Below, piece by piece: positions 29,801-34,317 of a DNA stretch of 64,000 nt (position 1 is the stretch's first letter; each line of letters begins with the position of its first letter). This stretch comes from a virus. The translations under genes were made by a program, and so were the position numbers. The notes under the pieces are model-generated. The model did not search any database. It saw only the letters and a program-made list of their open reading frames with translations, and had not been told where the DNA came from. The DNA is taken from positions 64,001 to 128,000 of IMG/VR virus record IMGVR_UViG_3300022188_000007; one strand, written 5' to 3'.

Positions 29801-32273
29801 GAAACAGCTTACTGACTACTGGCAGTCTGTGGGTAAGGCTGCTCCAAGTAAGTTTGCTGATGGAGGGAATGTCGATGAAGAAGAGCCTGTGATTGAGTGG
29901 GGACATACTACTGCTAAAGCTGTCATGGATAAATGGACAGCGGAAGCTAAAGATGCGGCTATGTATAGATCGTTACATGCTATGTCTAGTGCTGAAGATT
30001 TTGCATTAAAATTGGATAGAAATAAAAAAGCTAGAACCGACATGACCAGAATTCTAGCTGATAACGAATACTTAGATAAAGACACCCAAGAAGGGTATGA
30101 TTATTCATTTGATAAACACCGAGGATTAAGAATACTTACTGATGAAGATTCGGGGGTGAAGGTAGGTAGAGTAATTACTAAGTCATATCGTTCTGTAGAT
30201 GAAAGTTATAGACCTAGATCTATGGCAACTGTTAAGAAACAAGTACATGACCCATTTGCTATATCCGAAGATGCTTATTCTTCTGGCGCGCTTACTGATT
30301 TCTCCGAGAGATTATCTCTAGACAGTAACTATGGTAATGAGGCTTTTAGGTACCACGGTGAGGGCCGTGATATATGGAAGAATATGCAACGCTATAAGAA
30401 ATTATTTTATGGCTCTCCGGGTGAAAGTAAAGCATCTGAAGGGTATTTAGCAAAATTTCAAGCAGGCCAAAAGAACCTTGATAAAGTACGTTTAGTGATG
30501 AAGGTTTTAGAAGAAGGTGGTAATATTTATGATGACTCCAGACTTCAACAGAAAGTGGGCGGACCAGCTAGGTTAGAGGCTTTTGATTTTGGAGGTAAGA
30601 AAGGTACTGTAGATATACCTACTAGAAATTTCAAAAGAGCTGAACTACTTAAAGAATTACAAGCGTTATATGGGGATGAATCTCAAGGGGCCATCATTAG
30701 TGCTGAGAGGATAAAGAATGAAATCTCCGCTTTAAACGCGCAGAAAATAGAAACTTCTGATGGTACAGTGGAATACATAAGGGCAGATGAACAGAAATAT
30801 ACGTCTGTTTTACAGGATATTAAAGACGCCGCCGTAATTGCACGAGGTGAGTTAGATCCTAAAGGCAAAAATGCAAGAAGACGGGCTGTTACAAGAGCTC
30901 AGTCCCCTCTATTATATAATTATTCTAATACGCTACGGGACAAAGAATTGGCAAGAGCAGGGTTCCTAAAGCAGACTGGCCCACCGAAAGATTTTTCCGA
31001 CTTCGATAAAAAAGATATTCCAGATATGAAAAAATGGCTGGCTGCTGGAGATTATGGCTATGTAACTAGTGACACAGTGCAACGAATGAAGGACTTTATT
31101 ACGAGTGAGACATACAATGTGGGTGGTGTAGCTACTAGATCTATGCCAGTTAAACATTTTGGCGGTGTGGTAACACAAACTGGCCCAGTATTTGCTCAGA
31201 AAGGTGAATACATTATACCTAAAGGATTTAAAGATGGTACTTCGGGTTTGGGTGGTGTAACCTCCAGTCCAGCTTCCCAAGCTTTAACTTCAGGATCGAT
31301 GAGATTAGATGGTTCTGAGGTATTATCACAATTAAATAGTTTAAGTTTAAAGGTGGATAATACTACGGTTAAGGTAGACACTACTGAGGCAGCAAGTAGA
31401 CTATCATCTTCTATTAGTGATGCTTTTAGTGGTATAGAACCATTTAAAGTAGAAGATAAAACTCTATTAGTAGAAGATAAGGTTTTCTCAGTAGAAGATA
31501 AAAAGTTAACTGTGGAAGATAAAACTTTTACTATTGAAGATAAAACTTTTAAGGTAGAGGATAAAATTTTCTCAGTAGAAGATAAAAAGTTAACTGTGGA
31601 AGATAAAACTTTTACTATTGAAGATAAAACTTTTAAGGTAGAGGATAAAATTTTCTCAGTGGAAGACAAAAAATTAACCGTGGAAGACAAGGTTTTTACT
31701 ATTGAGGATAAGGTTTTTAAGGTAGAGGATAAAATTTTCTCAGTGGAAGACAAAAAATTAACCGTGGAAGACAAGGTTTTTACTATTGAGGATAAGGTTT
31801 TTAAGGTAGAGGATAAAGTACTAACAATAGATGCTTCTAATATTTCAGTAGATATCGGCGATGCAGAGGCTAGATTAGCTTCAGCGATTAGCAATGCGAT
31901 TAGTAGTGCGGTAGTTAATATAAAAGTTGAGGCCCCTACTACTGGAGGGTCAGTCGGCGCGGATAAATTCGATCAGTTAGCCCAAACAGTATCAGATGTA
32001 AACGATAAACTTATAAGTAGTTCTGTGATTATGGAGAGTAGAGTGAAGATTTTAGAAGGGGGTATAGACTTAGTTGTGGATGAAAGCGTGGAAAAAAAAC
32101 TAGCTTCTAAATTGATGAGTATTAATGAAAGTGTAACAGGGGCTCTCTTGAGTGTAGATACTGTAGCTAATAATGTAACCACTCAAATAGATAGTATAAG
32201 ACGTGAGTCTAACGAAATAAAATATCTAGCACATATGGCTTTAAATGCTAGAGGTTCAGGAAATATAACTTAA
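8868..32273 (+). CDS. Giant tape measure protein (7801 aa) fused to a two-barrel RNA polymerase and a PD-(D/E)xK nuclease
   Basis: Single uninterrupted ORF with TTG start after AGGGGGG; position after tube and chaperones; TP901-like TMP core at aa ~3960-4280; RNAP and nuclease motifs in the N-half (see sub-features). Confidence 0.9.
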   Translation: MVKKYIFEHASNESKTSSKSGGSKGVAVVELSKSDQANQKKVHDGLREIKEVLKKQTKDTSSSALMRMLEKVIKASGQSSKISSAELKTLATAFANELSRKGFGGSGSATVSGPQGKALDPNIIAKAISNQIAPALKSVFKSLETKDIKIDPKSQEALRKAMESSVSDIIPSKFYKVINDLNSTLTSVLALSKTSLKAFNSAKGMASDKGGLEVKEITGFYTNLKKGSSELKTLVGHISSLVREADKLPAELRAAAKGMIDAAREAKDKTVRGARAVREGAQVPQAKLVKEVTKLLASEIKKHTTGSTNPAVNNLIKALDTFSSSADELTKLTKALDNFGKSIGSLQSDGGVDLKGLQGVLGKLEKTISAIPTEIKGGAVKSDEWKDFIDQANKVINTVKTLVVKIQLPKDEIDRFVKQLPGEFDVVANIDISNVPKAIKEITKPVGIPVKTIFSADDIQRRLRYEHPEISVTQRITTVHKQVEEYQSSKSGKAVKEVSLPNAKSEAVKFSKDLNTSVNNLIKVLEGLSKVHATAYGKPVAQGSAGDIASDRISELIHKIQDKRGNTSQLREYVDKTQGHAHKTGILSQAARDGIKEVYEILHSTTDDVFNSVKKSSDQATKNLESVSKAFDAVNKSSKQMADTAKNNLAQTQPSTIPSSRHGATSVNTARQAPASTQKEVYKYFEGNITPGKTANIDAGKKLNLGEDSRKIVQEHVSGLANSLLDLQSYMVSTLEKEFAKVRKESNSGKDWRIVGKTDTGSISDYFKLTEGYNQKTSGNEYSFKIADVKNLKRVTGSKTNDPTALISKFKEGVFKELLAKNEATIAESIGRWMKRFSESDISSWKGLDSSTARQLADIKSTHDKGQGTAPSKRMVEAIKGLGATDPSALNRIFEKTISDIEATRRLGERKYGSSVLVKKIAIPAAKLSATGAATIDTATGSKRIIPKFATYKTGFEKVFESLQKTKTFDVEQDYQGKVRKLGIRPSGTQFEEANKVAKAMLIDLSRVKDIVNATGQTTVDSGAVRADLAKQLETSVVLKAGKLEKSKHVTSASDVLAKIDKSIYAEFASGTKTMEEFIAATSKAGVSAYDLVKGMESIDFQNIYQIFQKILEGTDSVSSPLKAVGKNPDFSKSVRDLESYIGKMVGTIPIADPSRPRRASHQEKVINLMSMTSPIYSQKGKVGTQGLTAEGQKQFLRDLNLSLREFVRDTAILKDAGMGQGRLPADVRTLSSLGVPESQAGTISEYRKDGRNENTKYLAALNATTVKMYSDSLSEMAPFGAQFQQLGRNISNTTNAMAYRPGGGGVGTDFPSLRSERETKLISGGRYGDKGYGFNVIAELRNTASTFEDQIVISGKLADVLTSVTKTIVQPDKLGRLNLVGSDGQVSSSQEGRVGDIKPDQQLIGAIETANKVFQDVLGVKQEYRGRADNALIKEVTSALTTVRGKDVQVQSAKIAETFFNHYGRKFTTRYGSKGVSITAPGGTGELTGKQLKDLYADKKVKVLSKSERATAGLGTVALPKSMGQLVQEIYKEYAKELGLSNADLDESRKALINSGNKFMLSMFTDSSLGVVPEGKDVKAQQTLFTKTKKALAKLDFDLAKDISGIEGLIEVYKGMDGSKLYEEKPIDIRISSHGIAKRGLQAENLEAIMNNVIDAGVAGSTSLKTKFDPSTYKRLLGTEEDTTGKFPSLSEISKALGFESQGNPKKRGLLVKDMMKLLKSRNVPGTEDKLLAQAGKLADLEIGSSFYSDMRDEFGKSRKSLIGPKFVEVIEDPNANPAWSETDIKKQVAGQKINIPAFGAYATVFGEQSQFIKQMTSSIPLDSKKHWEYLKALQVLNDDSSEMATQLLSSAQEVDVSSLRTFTKSTGKFVSRASMSNITEMPEEDQERVLNDTILDIAKFPGAMNLKIPSTKDPSKRESFYVPGALARTTYPEPSLAGERGLDMTARRLQAVVNAAKNVDEVAGQSDESGSKKLWNTVGRIKKRLAGYRGRVKGIVGESPGTKQLTSGEVGELEGILSTLLVTLDQSSADERMLYKNQQHLKGGTRGDVIRAFKDNKSGEGKSQAQVYQTTIDQAVDQLIGPQGSPDPKNPQWASRYDKQANVLGGKAYNAGLASVEQFAKSLNVQPSDSEDDLKKALQSLERAKIEYYNTLATSALGKTGSVQEFLFNRKMPAVMGKAINATVDKTEDLDNFSKELLSISSSAGGIGVDLSALEEASENIKKIKIEHAENVESARSKGMPVLTQHQVGIPESYASKLPTNFARRYEVDGGTVQELKKPIFEKSNLAKMLDYREEIQGALDNVAPGMRSKMEAYLESELSPYLESMRFPVTGVASIQPYEAKLLKQGEGRQMTKHTLMAPGMPEIDMGKFDAAKKQVDSVIDELTEQRKLEYKEESPDLERINQLTATIAALDKAISDVIPKFIAVQQNLDFDGDQIQLHAAKTALARQEISQHFKTITDYDKQGGTTAQALRDQSTYKALIPSTEKYTLAEQQIAFSKKFPEKEGFGFMTKPFLTEGLDYLKPQEQLDILSTFPGAGGTENTPLTVLNNLLPELFRNEKHMAKIAMTLQAVKPEAGKDTASSQALLNALAKMKPVEDQPSSGREKAVFEEGIKTKLYDTKMTNAINANFFKLNTGQDTEALNRQLKLFERNLGYGGGVIRQGAQYEPTANLASRFPLDLKSMGNTMGEELHTMMNEFLRVGVQKGLDVKHAGETPIATEMANLISKGSPGVSSLIEKINAGEGSYGDLTDFAEANKKSLGRRLGGMSTEDLYLDAASIAGGRGESTTKLDPGNREELKEYITKSIGFEGFLHELSNQVIEAAHEGLMKSVSAWSDTKKQKEFKGSSAEDYVKASIRKQLKGDGINILDSAESPLMPLYKMRTSGASGYQQRGLYQDKYGDVEAPELEGIFQGKEADAYAAKYKEAKAVAKNIQDALIDFSSNKGGNKKGSYSMLLESSIENIYADQKEIMKLVQEMTLEKDRTSSSVMDRLSGDAPMHGFAREALGKKNSKTQKEFLEKYSRIVGVPSLGQESTALLKQEYLPQAAFLANAEKGPAPLQGETTDGAYQDILDAHDKAVDKLKEQYLADAIVIAQTDNILKAAKTKTGEATFLTQLLPTSKGDYASKSYDDRRQRISQIAKEKVQRANFEQLTHPRGLERDAFGRSMPSGGGPGGPGALSVGGTGPIVDVNIASVAEGVGVFLGRAAGMAKTTEDTSPRFTISEELEKKLVRAEEIVDEITGGLNKATGDSFANKYRASGLKGGQGLDQINEIKKQMQGIKAGRKARDILDSSSLLGTGIHAKLEDSYKKEYITERPVRYDSVAGEISGTVDAIKYDDNEIATHIVDIKTTSQKNYDDLKQAVARFQEKTGKETPTLDEIKDYVGKNLKDSKLGDVASQLNLYLAATSEDAKASAHFYSRTNPDQEPIKLDQFFDKERLDNDVAAVGQARREIKLEGGSFAKTASYTEAEEIEVLLKKKEVAEATIAELIATSTEYYTLVTKQGLRARKNLPSTGGLSDKSLNMIGTRAREFQAQSVKFDDMVTANPIAEGRETYKVHQNLNVLHERAKYFQQKEGYETSGPRFDKMHPQIQERVTEHGEKGPGGAAFSALVTELKDTGKIEGGEINAAWKAYRLAVGDYFVKKMAAARKELDNTDPGADNIVNVFGAYQKSVQAFQDFAKHGLGKPTDIYTYNKQYLHAESARGAGIYMDSAALQKKASQPLGEDPTLRNIFQNMTNLEGDSVPIPRDSVRAALEDLMDMDRSLINLYTNAEKVAHMGKDINLGWNFDKVKGGLSRLRAALDLQLKQPVGELYNEDQITYLRTVLKELKGLETIYISLDLDTDSFKNPTGEYKFPTLVPVPKQLSRDQQSAMHYQNIEKIKGHYRTPEAEGGAREGDSFVYNAKTFGPSGKQMDNQRFVISKYGEAINSAGKSVPILKSRLDNLNKSLVDGNRTFSVAIERVVKWGAAATLVYGGLSYIKDAVKHMSDVETAMARLQMVMNPLTTDFDSLQKAALGFAKQYGVETTDVLGSMKVFAQQGLSQGEVEERTQTSTLAANVTTLSAVDATEALTAAMKVFRAEGESSMRFLDSWSQVEARAAITAGDLADAIKKSASAGRNAGFTFDELNGMVAAIGSTTRQTGKEVGTSLRFIFRRISADKGPKALKGVGVATTTPKGTLRPGYKVLEDLAGKWEELEQAQKLSIAQAIGGTRQYNQVLVLMDNWDQVVKSTTDSMNAKGSAERRNLKLMKTYSKQLEQTKAVFSALKVEVGKVVLPSFKAGLTGIRGLVEAVNNVPASFKLAGAGMVLFVGYITKGAEALNTIMSLVDRTKLSFSALKDDFSKGIDKGMFEVFGKGTPELDSDLFGLSKLSDTGTVNIDDMESSLGKLAFGALSAGQAFNKFAGIVGSDSASAVSAVGKYVTAFGALVEKTGTGISLIPGIPGPVDEAVGVATSFTGKAIKGTGGAFDFVGDKVGKGAQSWMEGFASQNTSAMKSMAPLLGTLGGIALLAPTIIDAFKNLTQSATDYKDEQLNRLEVDAKEIDSLQGLITSYKNLQDQKEKITRLSDPKVQAKGIKRGEYKSPILEKIDALKATRTFDSNLGAMDPSMIAGFDEFGRVILSNTANLTGYLEELKRAKTVTLALSKLKIAARFTDDLTETGGNQEWKQQVKSLAAEFPLIGEMLAKNITVGPKKALEVIREELDQLLAAKAEAPMSTAFDSDIERSLTAHAKVLKTFSATYAELGKTLSSISTEGATVTDIADLYKSPDALKTFDLQAAYEDKYQIAEVRGTVSGRDIAASKVLRTQSSGLGSYIEASSVLTEANLFSAGRLPRKPKKDGTIGASDNDLVTLNKNFAEKYGIATGQATLKIGKDHKLFLEFIDALTTTPTTKEFSQAEIEAAARAFFPVDEILQKAQISVTKLNTFVAGASAGILGVSEKKLNTRQFDLGERFYDQIPTNVLLQTEKGYNTKTGTFGKQDYKEDYSSDFIDKYYDPLQKYNTAKSALGGDNASLDASVLGGLAEQLRGLQDILKNNSIAFQYRAAIEDLNKALYEGARATRKSILVEQERQKVDKHTAGFMRGKTKGVASIDQGVTNYKDLNDQQRASLMFKDYDALAKKILVQETSIEGLIGQSKSVASTYADIQEIGKAPEGFDAIMTRGRNVELMSIMDKVDNDKGAAQISMRVSELKSPLEGILANTDIMAANTYGRPGDIKRAAATAEENLVIAEQRKLAGKGPLDNTVDNKTDPVKTFKSLQKLMTIRDAAAKEGDTVTVRALDNTLADSYGRALKVYGMKDFARLTKLVAPTKFFSSNNKELVASRASALAQKGIGTTPDRMMQSIESAKMAKAALRTQSFIDKLTAFKAPEKEIERAKNRQWYVPSKEVRDYEKAYATDPSKPLINPKIFEKALIAGAILPAFQGKSLGEKRTTIEDQINRLQKQKDNYPKEGKEAEKLGIDKKIEGYQKILTDDLDPQQFVTSTLQGLSTTALAAYEGVGIFGGSQSDKENMAAVGAGLFVIMKSLESRIGKDNMPQYFKDFSKEAVDKIKIAVETGDYSDMANDLGKKTKKFLKGFNKSMEAQTEKAEDAGIDPEKDIRERRKRLKKLNATLDLESTTKSLNEVTDVGSNNLLRGLEAIAVVMTAQAVGGWKSKKGETAARVKDGVNVAKQQGLASLAYSEKNAAAVDAYIGKLVLTQKELAEKKGPDGGAINIVMDVMEDFKTSLTLAAAEGKTLEEAMSGLQDKIGDTKVFTGIYTDVAKLIGAMENFRAELQKSFTTFDDKRLLDPTRSLKGELLGFGGETTLPIGRRDMSTQQRAYAGGSDSLRSSFAVMSKGILIQEAQIKTLGFVRSQIADTEQNIDFGTKYGTSDSQLEAWEMHLKGLEGTLANLQNVTTLTSQQLQALGTSMRGAIKYSEAINKLNDALADVSVEHAVTGITGLKTYFDSFEVLLGGSDPLAAQPVSPEQERMGAKVGVRLVSGESTSMDIERAQLLTEIKNATDSKSRTAASIKLGDLDEKYRRLGIDKEQQVENQRLGSTMKPYEDFYRNMEGLLGSNELNDKQYGEISGVKNEFKEAMKRATEKIPIDEAIAQLEGQKDNLGANQFKEAMKELVAMKATGTTQVYRGMDRTKDWQGIMSRVMAGYDKEIDAYKAATGTTDLDTSLENMVTNPLVNVIGMSNLLLAELVTHFVDKKTAADILNGPQKKELEPDYLFSSIVPDKKVVLAEAQDFLKGISINPADNLKTQPYDFNNDNIDPNRGRPTLFGRPVGPISKDALGLPPIQDKVVPPPPTEVELAAKKHPRFKEMETYVKNISLDPIANLKTEPFGPNSEQDNSQIVAVNELQLVTLKKIATSLSSNGSGDSTEPTTKAAGGRIFGEGGPREDKVPAYLSPGEFVIRAAAAQRLGYENLDVMNKKGQVPVAFESGGSLNQRHITQAHQYFVDPDAVLPPEFNPESELYNKGITGKYIDLRKSMLSEEQREAVAGISTLKGLYNTFSDMAGNDEDKLNSLFPEDIMPVMERFEENKKAQEEKGILGWMKGKLKTKNKATAGARAVTGLDKAELLKEISTYADGGRTISTVTGKPIPTAEETEEGMAKMREALGFVASVGHPITSIPTSIYGMYQGFKEKGLSAQPAVEGFGGLELLNYIPQAKRLGKMKTILSKGFGRYFDNAGDVNDYFDITGKLGGKLTSSHGDDFDALLASENTFEEGGLSLWDKLLGKQFDPTERWKGKKLPSGMGKFDKPEVTKKLEDEIKATKRHDVHSFSFLREKHGFVKALQLYGAGSRLQEGADILKKADGGKIRSFIGDSTGVAEVGEELFNERINAPVLTRSVASMIKSEFGTSDVGNNQLGAPVDKLMGTSFDPSATMLKDSRAFTAVGNNIKSYASTADFNTGRAKSDKLKGNIGKGNIIPGMDGLTSIYDGFLTSKYNSPFLSQEEQSNNRAWYEATREQEITNKQKYELLGDAKTDADRKQLTDYWQSVGKAAPSKFADGGNVDEEEPVIEWGHTTAKAVMDKWTAEAKDAAMYRSLHAMSSAEDFALKLDRNKKARTDMTRILADNEYLDKDTQEGYDYSFDKHRGLRILTDEDSGVKVGRVITKSYRSVDESYRPRSMATVKKQVHDPFAISEDAYSSGALTDFSERLSLDSNYGNEAFRYHGEGRDIWKNMQRYKKLFYGSPGESKASEGYLAKFQAGQKNLDKVRLVMKVLEEGGNIYDDSRLQQKVGGPARLEAFDFGGKKGTVDIPTRNFKRAELLKELQALYGDESQGAIISAERIKNEISALNAQKIETSDGTVEYIRADEQKYTSVLQDIKDAAVIARGELDPKGKNARRRAVTRAQSPLLYNYSNTLRDKELARAGFLKQTGPPKDFSDFDKKDIPDMKKWLAAGDYGYVTSDTVQRMKDFITSETYNVGGVATRSMPVKHFGGVVTQTGPVFAQKGEYIIPKGFKDGTSGLGGVTSSPASQALTSGSMRLDGSEVLSQLNSLSLKVDNTTVKVDTTEAASRLSSSISDAFSGIEPFKVEDKTLLVEDKVFSVEDKKLTVEDKTFTIEDKTFKVEDKIFSVEDKKLTVEDKTFTIEDKTFKVEDKIFSVEDKKLTVEDKVFTIEDKVFKVEDKIFSVEDKKLTVEDKVFTIEDKVFKVEDKVLTIDASNISVDIGDAEARLASAISNAISSAVVNIKVEAPTTGGSVGADKFDQLAQTVSDVNDKLISSSVIMESRVKILEGGIDLVVDESVEKKLASKLMSINESVTGALLSVDTVANNVTTQIDSIRRESNEIKYLAHMALNARGSGNIT
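11630..17050 (+). other. Domain: single-chain beta/beta'-like DNA-dependent RNA polymerase inside the TMP (aa ~920-2720)
   Basis: Collinear motifs: TFEDQIVIS (12909), GRKFTTRYGSKG (13260), PIDIRISSHGIAKR (13746), GKTGSVQEFLFNRKM (15345), HQVGIP (~15609), MRFPVTGVASIQ (15849), NLDFDGDQIQLH (16158). Confidence 0.9.
18640..19230 (+). other. Domain: RecB/Cas4-like PD-(D/E)xK nuclease inside the TMP (aa ~3260-3450)
   Basis: GTGIHAKLE (18762), ERPV, ISGTVDAI (18858), IVDIKT (18912), QLNLY (19068) appear in canonical order. Confidence 0.8.
20739..21720 (+). other. Domain: TP901/PhageMin_Tail-type tape-measure core
   Basis: 'VETAMARLQMVM...ALGFAKQYG...FAQQGLS...TLAANVTTLSAVDATEALTAAMKVF...AGFTFDELNGMVAAIGSTTRQTGKEVGTSLRFIFRRI...IGGTRQYNQVLVLMDNW'. 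Confidence 0.88.
31443..31820 (+). repeat. Coding tandem repeat: 18 x 21-nt (xx[V/I]EDKx heptads), including 4 x 84-nt higher-order units
   Basis: 84-nt units start at 31485, 31569, 31653 and 31737; units 1 and 2 match each other, as do units 3 and 4. Confidence 0.95.
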
Positions 32274-32289
32274 AGGGAAATGTATAAAT

Positions 32290-34314
32290 ATGGGAAATAA
32301 TCCACCATGTATAGATAGTTTTTGGGCCGCATATGGCGATTCTTCATTATTGATTGAAATCCCCCCTCAAGGTCCTACTGGTAGTATCGCCGCAGATGTA
32401 CTAGGTACTTATAGTATCCCGGCTGCGGCCAATTCTAATATTGGGGGAAATTTACAAGGTCTAGATATAAAACATATGGATGCTATGGCAGTTATTAATC
32501 TCTCGTTACTTGAAGAGATGGCTGATCGCTCTGGGGGGATGTTTGAAGCAATAGTTAATAATTCTGGTGAAGTCGAGTTTGTAGAAATAGGTAAAGGTAC
32601 TGCTAATTTAAGTGATATATACTATCAAGTACAGACATTTTCATATGTAGAGCCGTGTAAAGGTGTATTAGTACGAGGCGGCCAAATAATGCCTACGTGG
32701 AAAGAAATGAATTGGCAATATATTTGGGGTGATGGTACAAGTAAGGATGTACATCATACTACCCAGATGGTAACTAATTGTATGTACGATAATTTTAGTA
32801 CCCATGCTACTATAACTTTTAATGATCCACACTTAGATAATAGTTCTTATAATGACGGTATCGACAATCTATATGATGTAACAAGTCCGTGGGATAAGAT
32901 TATAGGTTATGCTCGATTTATAGATTGCCCTAACGCTACCCCGTCTACTAAGATAACCTTAGATACATCTACTACTATACCTATAGAGGTTGGAGGTAGA
33001 ACAAATAAAGGCCCTAATATGGGGACATTAAAACCCCGTCCTTCTCATGACCCTAATTCTGCTGATACTGCTGAGTGCTGGCAATGGATGGAGGGTGACT
33101 CTATAGGGAGTACATCAGATGGGGTAATAATAAATTTACCAGAGTCTCTTCGTTTTGAGGATGTATCTGGCCATAAAGTAGATAAATTTGTTAAAGTAGC
33201 AGAAGTTTTGCTTATAGGTAGAGAACTTTCTATGCTACATTCTGGGGCCCTAGATGATTCAACTGCAGTTAGTCAGGACCCTATAGATACCAATACATTA
33301 GCCCTAATTTCAGAAGATAATATGAATCAAATCATCTTTAGACTCGAAGAGGGGAAACATTATGCTATTCTTTATAAAGAGGACGGTGATTTTAAACAAC
33401 CCTATATTCTATTTGCAAAGGATGCTAGGCCTAATGAACCCAAAACGTACGGTCAGGACACCAAATATATAGTTAGTCAGTATGGGGAATCAGGGTACTT
33501 TAAGGCTGGTGAGACAGGAGTGGGGACAATATTCCCAGTAGCAGGTAATAGAGGTATATTAGTACAACAAATATACGCTCTAGTGGATTTAGACACCCCA
33601 TCTATATCAATATATGACCCTGAACAACCAGGAGCTGTAGGTGCCGCTTCTAAAGCTTTAGATTTAGCTAATGCCTTAGAGTATTGGGTTACTCCAATAA
33701 TGGTAACTGAACTACCACCTTCAATATCATTTAATGGCTCACCAATAGATCAAAAACCTTCTAAAGCAGATAATGATCCTACAACTGCCCAAGTCTTTGA
33801 TGATACTCCTCTTGAAGTAGCGTATGATCAAATGGATGGAGGTGGTGGGGTAGAGCTTACTCTACCGTTCTTTAATGATCCTTCTGATGACGTTAAATTA
33901 GATAGTTTATCGGGGGCTTTATATGATTTTATGAACGCTGGTACTGGATTGGATACTACTTATGTATGTGGTCCGGATACCGATGTTACTTTAGGGGAGG
34001 CTGGTCCCGCCGGCGGAATAGTGAATAGTATTTCATACTCTTACACCGATAGTGGGTCTTATACCGTCTCTGTTAATGAGGGCCCTAGACTAGTAAAAAA
34101 TTTTTCAGGTGGAGGGCCTTCTGGACCAACAATGAAGGCATCAGATAATTTTAGTTCAAGAGGAACGATCATAGATACTCTTGGGAATGGGATGTTTTTT
34201 AAAGTTAGAATAGATGGCTATGGGGAACGTATAGCTATAAACATGTCACCTTCAATTATAAAAATAGGTGATGTAGTACAGTGTACTGTACATAATAATC
34301 CAGTGGAGGCATAA
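32290..34314 (+). CDS. Putative tail-tip/baseplate hub protein with C-terminal OB-like domain
   Basis: First gene after the TMP; 'LLEEMADRSGGMFEAIVNNSGEVEF', 'GIVNSISYSYTDSGSYTVSV', and C-terminal 'GTIIDTLGNGMFFKVRIDGYGERIA...IGDVVQCTV'. Confidence 0.5.
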   Translation: MGNNPPCIDSFWAAYGDSSLLIEIPPQGPTGSIAADVLGTYSIPAAANSNIGGNLQGLDIKHMDAMAVINLSLLEEMADRSGGMFEAIVNNSGEVEFVEIGKGTANLSDIYYQVQTFSYVEPCKGVLVRGGQIMPTWKEMNWQYIWGDGTSKDVHHTTQMVTNCMYDNFSTHATITFNDPHLDNSSYNDGIDNLYDVTSPWDKIIGYARFIDCPNATPSTKITLDTSTTIPIEVGGRTNKGPNMGTLKPRPSHDPNSADTAECWQWMEGDSIGSTSDGVIINLPESLRFEDVSGHKVDKFVKVAEVLLIGRELSMLHSGALDDSTAVSQDPIDTNTLALISEDNMNQIIFRLEEGKHYAILYKEDGDFKQPYILFAKDARPNEPKTYGQDTKYIVSQYGESGYFKAGETGVGTIFPVAGNRGILVQQIYALVDLDTPSISIYDPEQPGAVGAASKALDLANALEYWVTPIMVTELPPSISFNGSPIDQKPSKADNDPTTAQVFDDTPLEVAYDQMDGGGGVELTLPFFNDPSDDVKLDSLSGALYDFMNAGTGLDTTYVCGPDTDVTLGEAGPAGGIVNSISYSYTDSGSYTVSVNEGPRLVKNFSGGGPSGPTMKASDNFSSRGTIIDTLGNGMFFKVRIDGYGERIAINMSPSIIKIGDVVQCTVHNNPVEA

Positions 34315-34317
34315 AAA

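Noticed and set aside
31443-31820. CRISPR array
   Set aside because: The repeats are contiguous, in frame and coding, with no unique spacers.
31196-31894. 232-aa minus-strand ORF and the other short antisense or nested ORFs in the track
   Set aside because: They are shadows of long + strand genes (here of the VEDK repeat), with no independent motifs.
8868-32273. Inteins or stop-codon recoding as the cause of the giant ORF
   Set aside because: No intein splice-junction or LAGLIDADG motifs were noticed; TAA, TAG and TGA all terminate tightly packed genes elsewhere, consistent with code 11.
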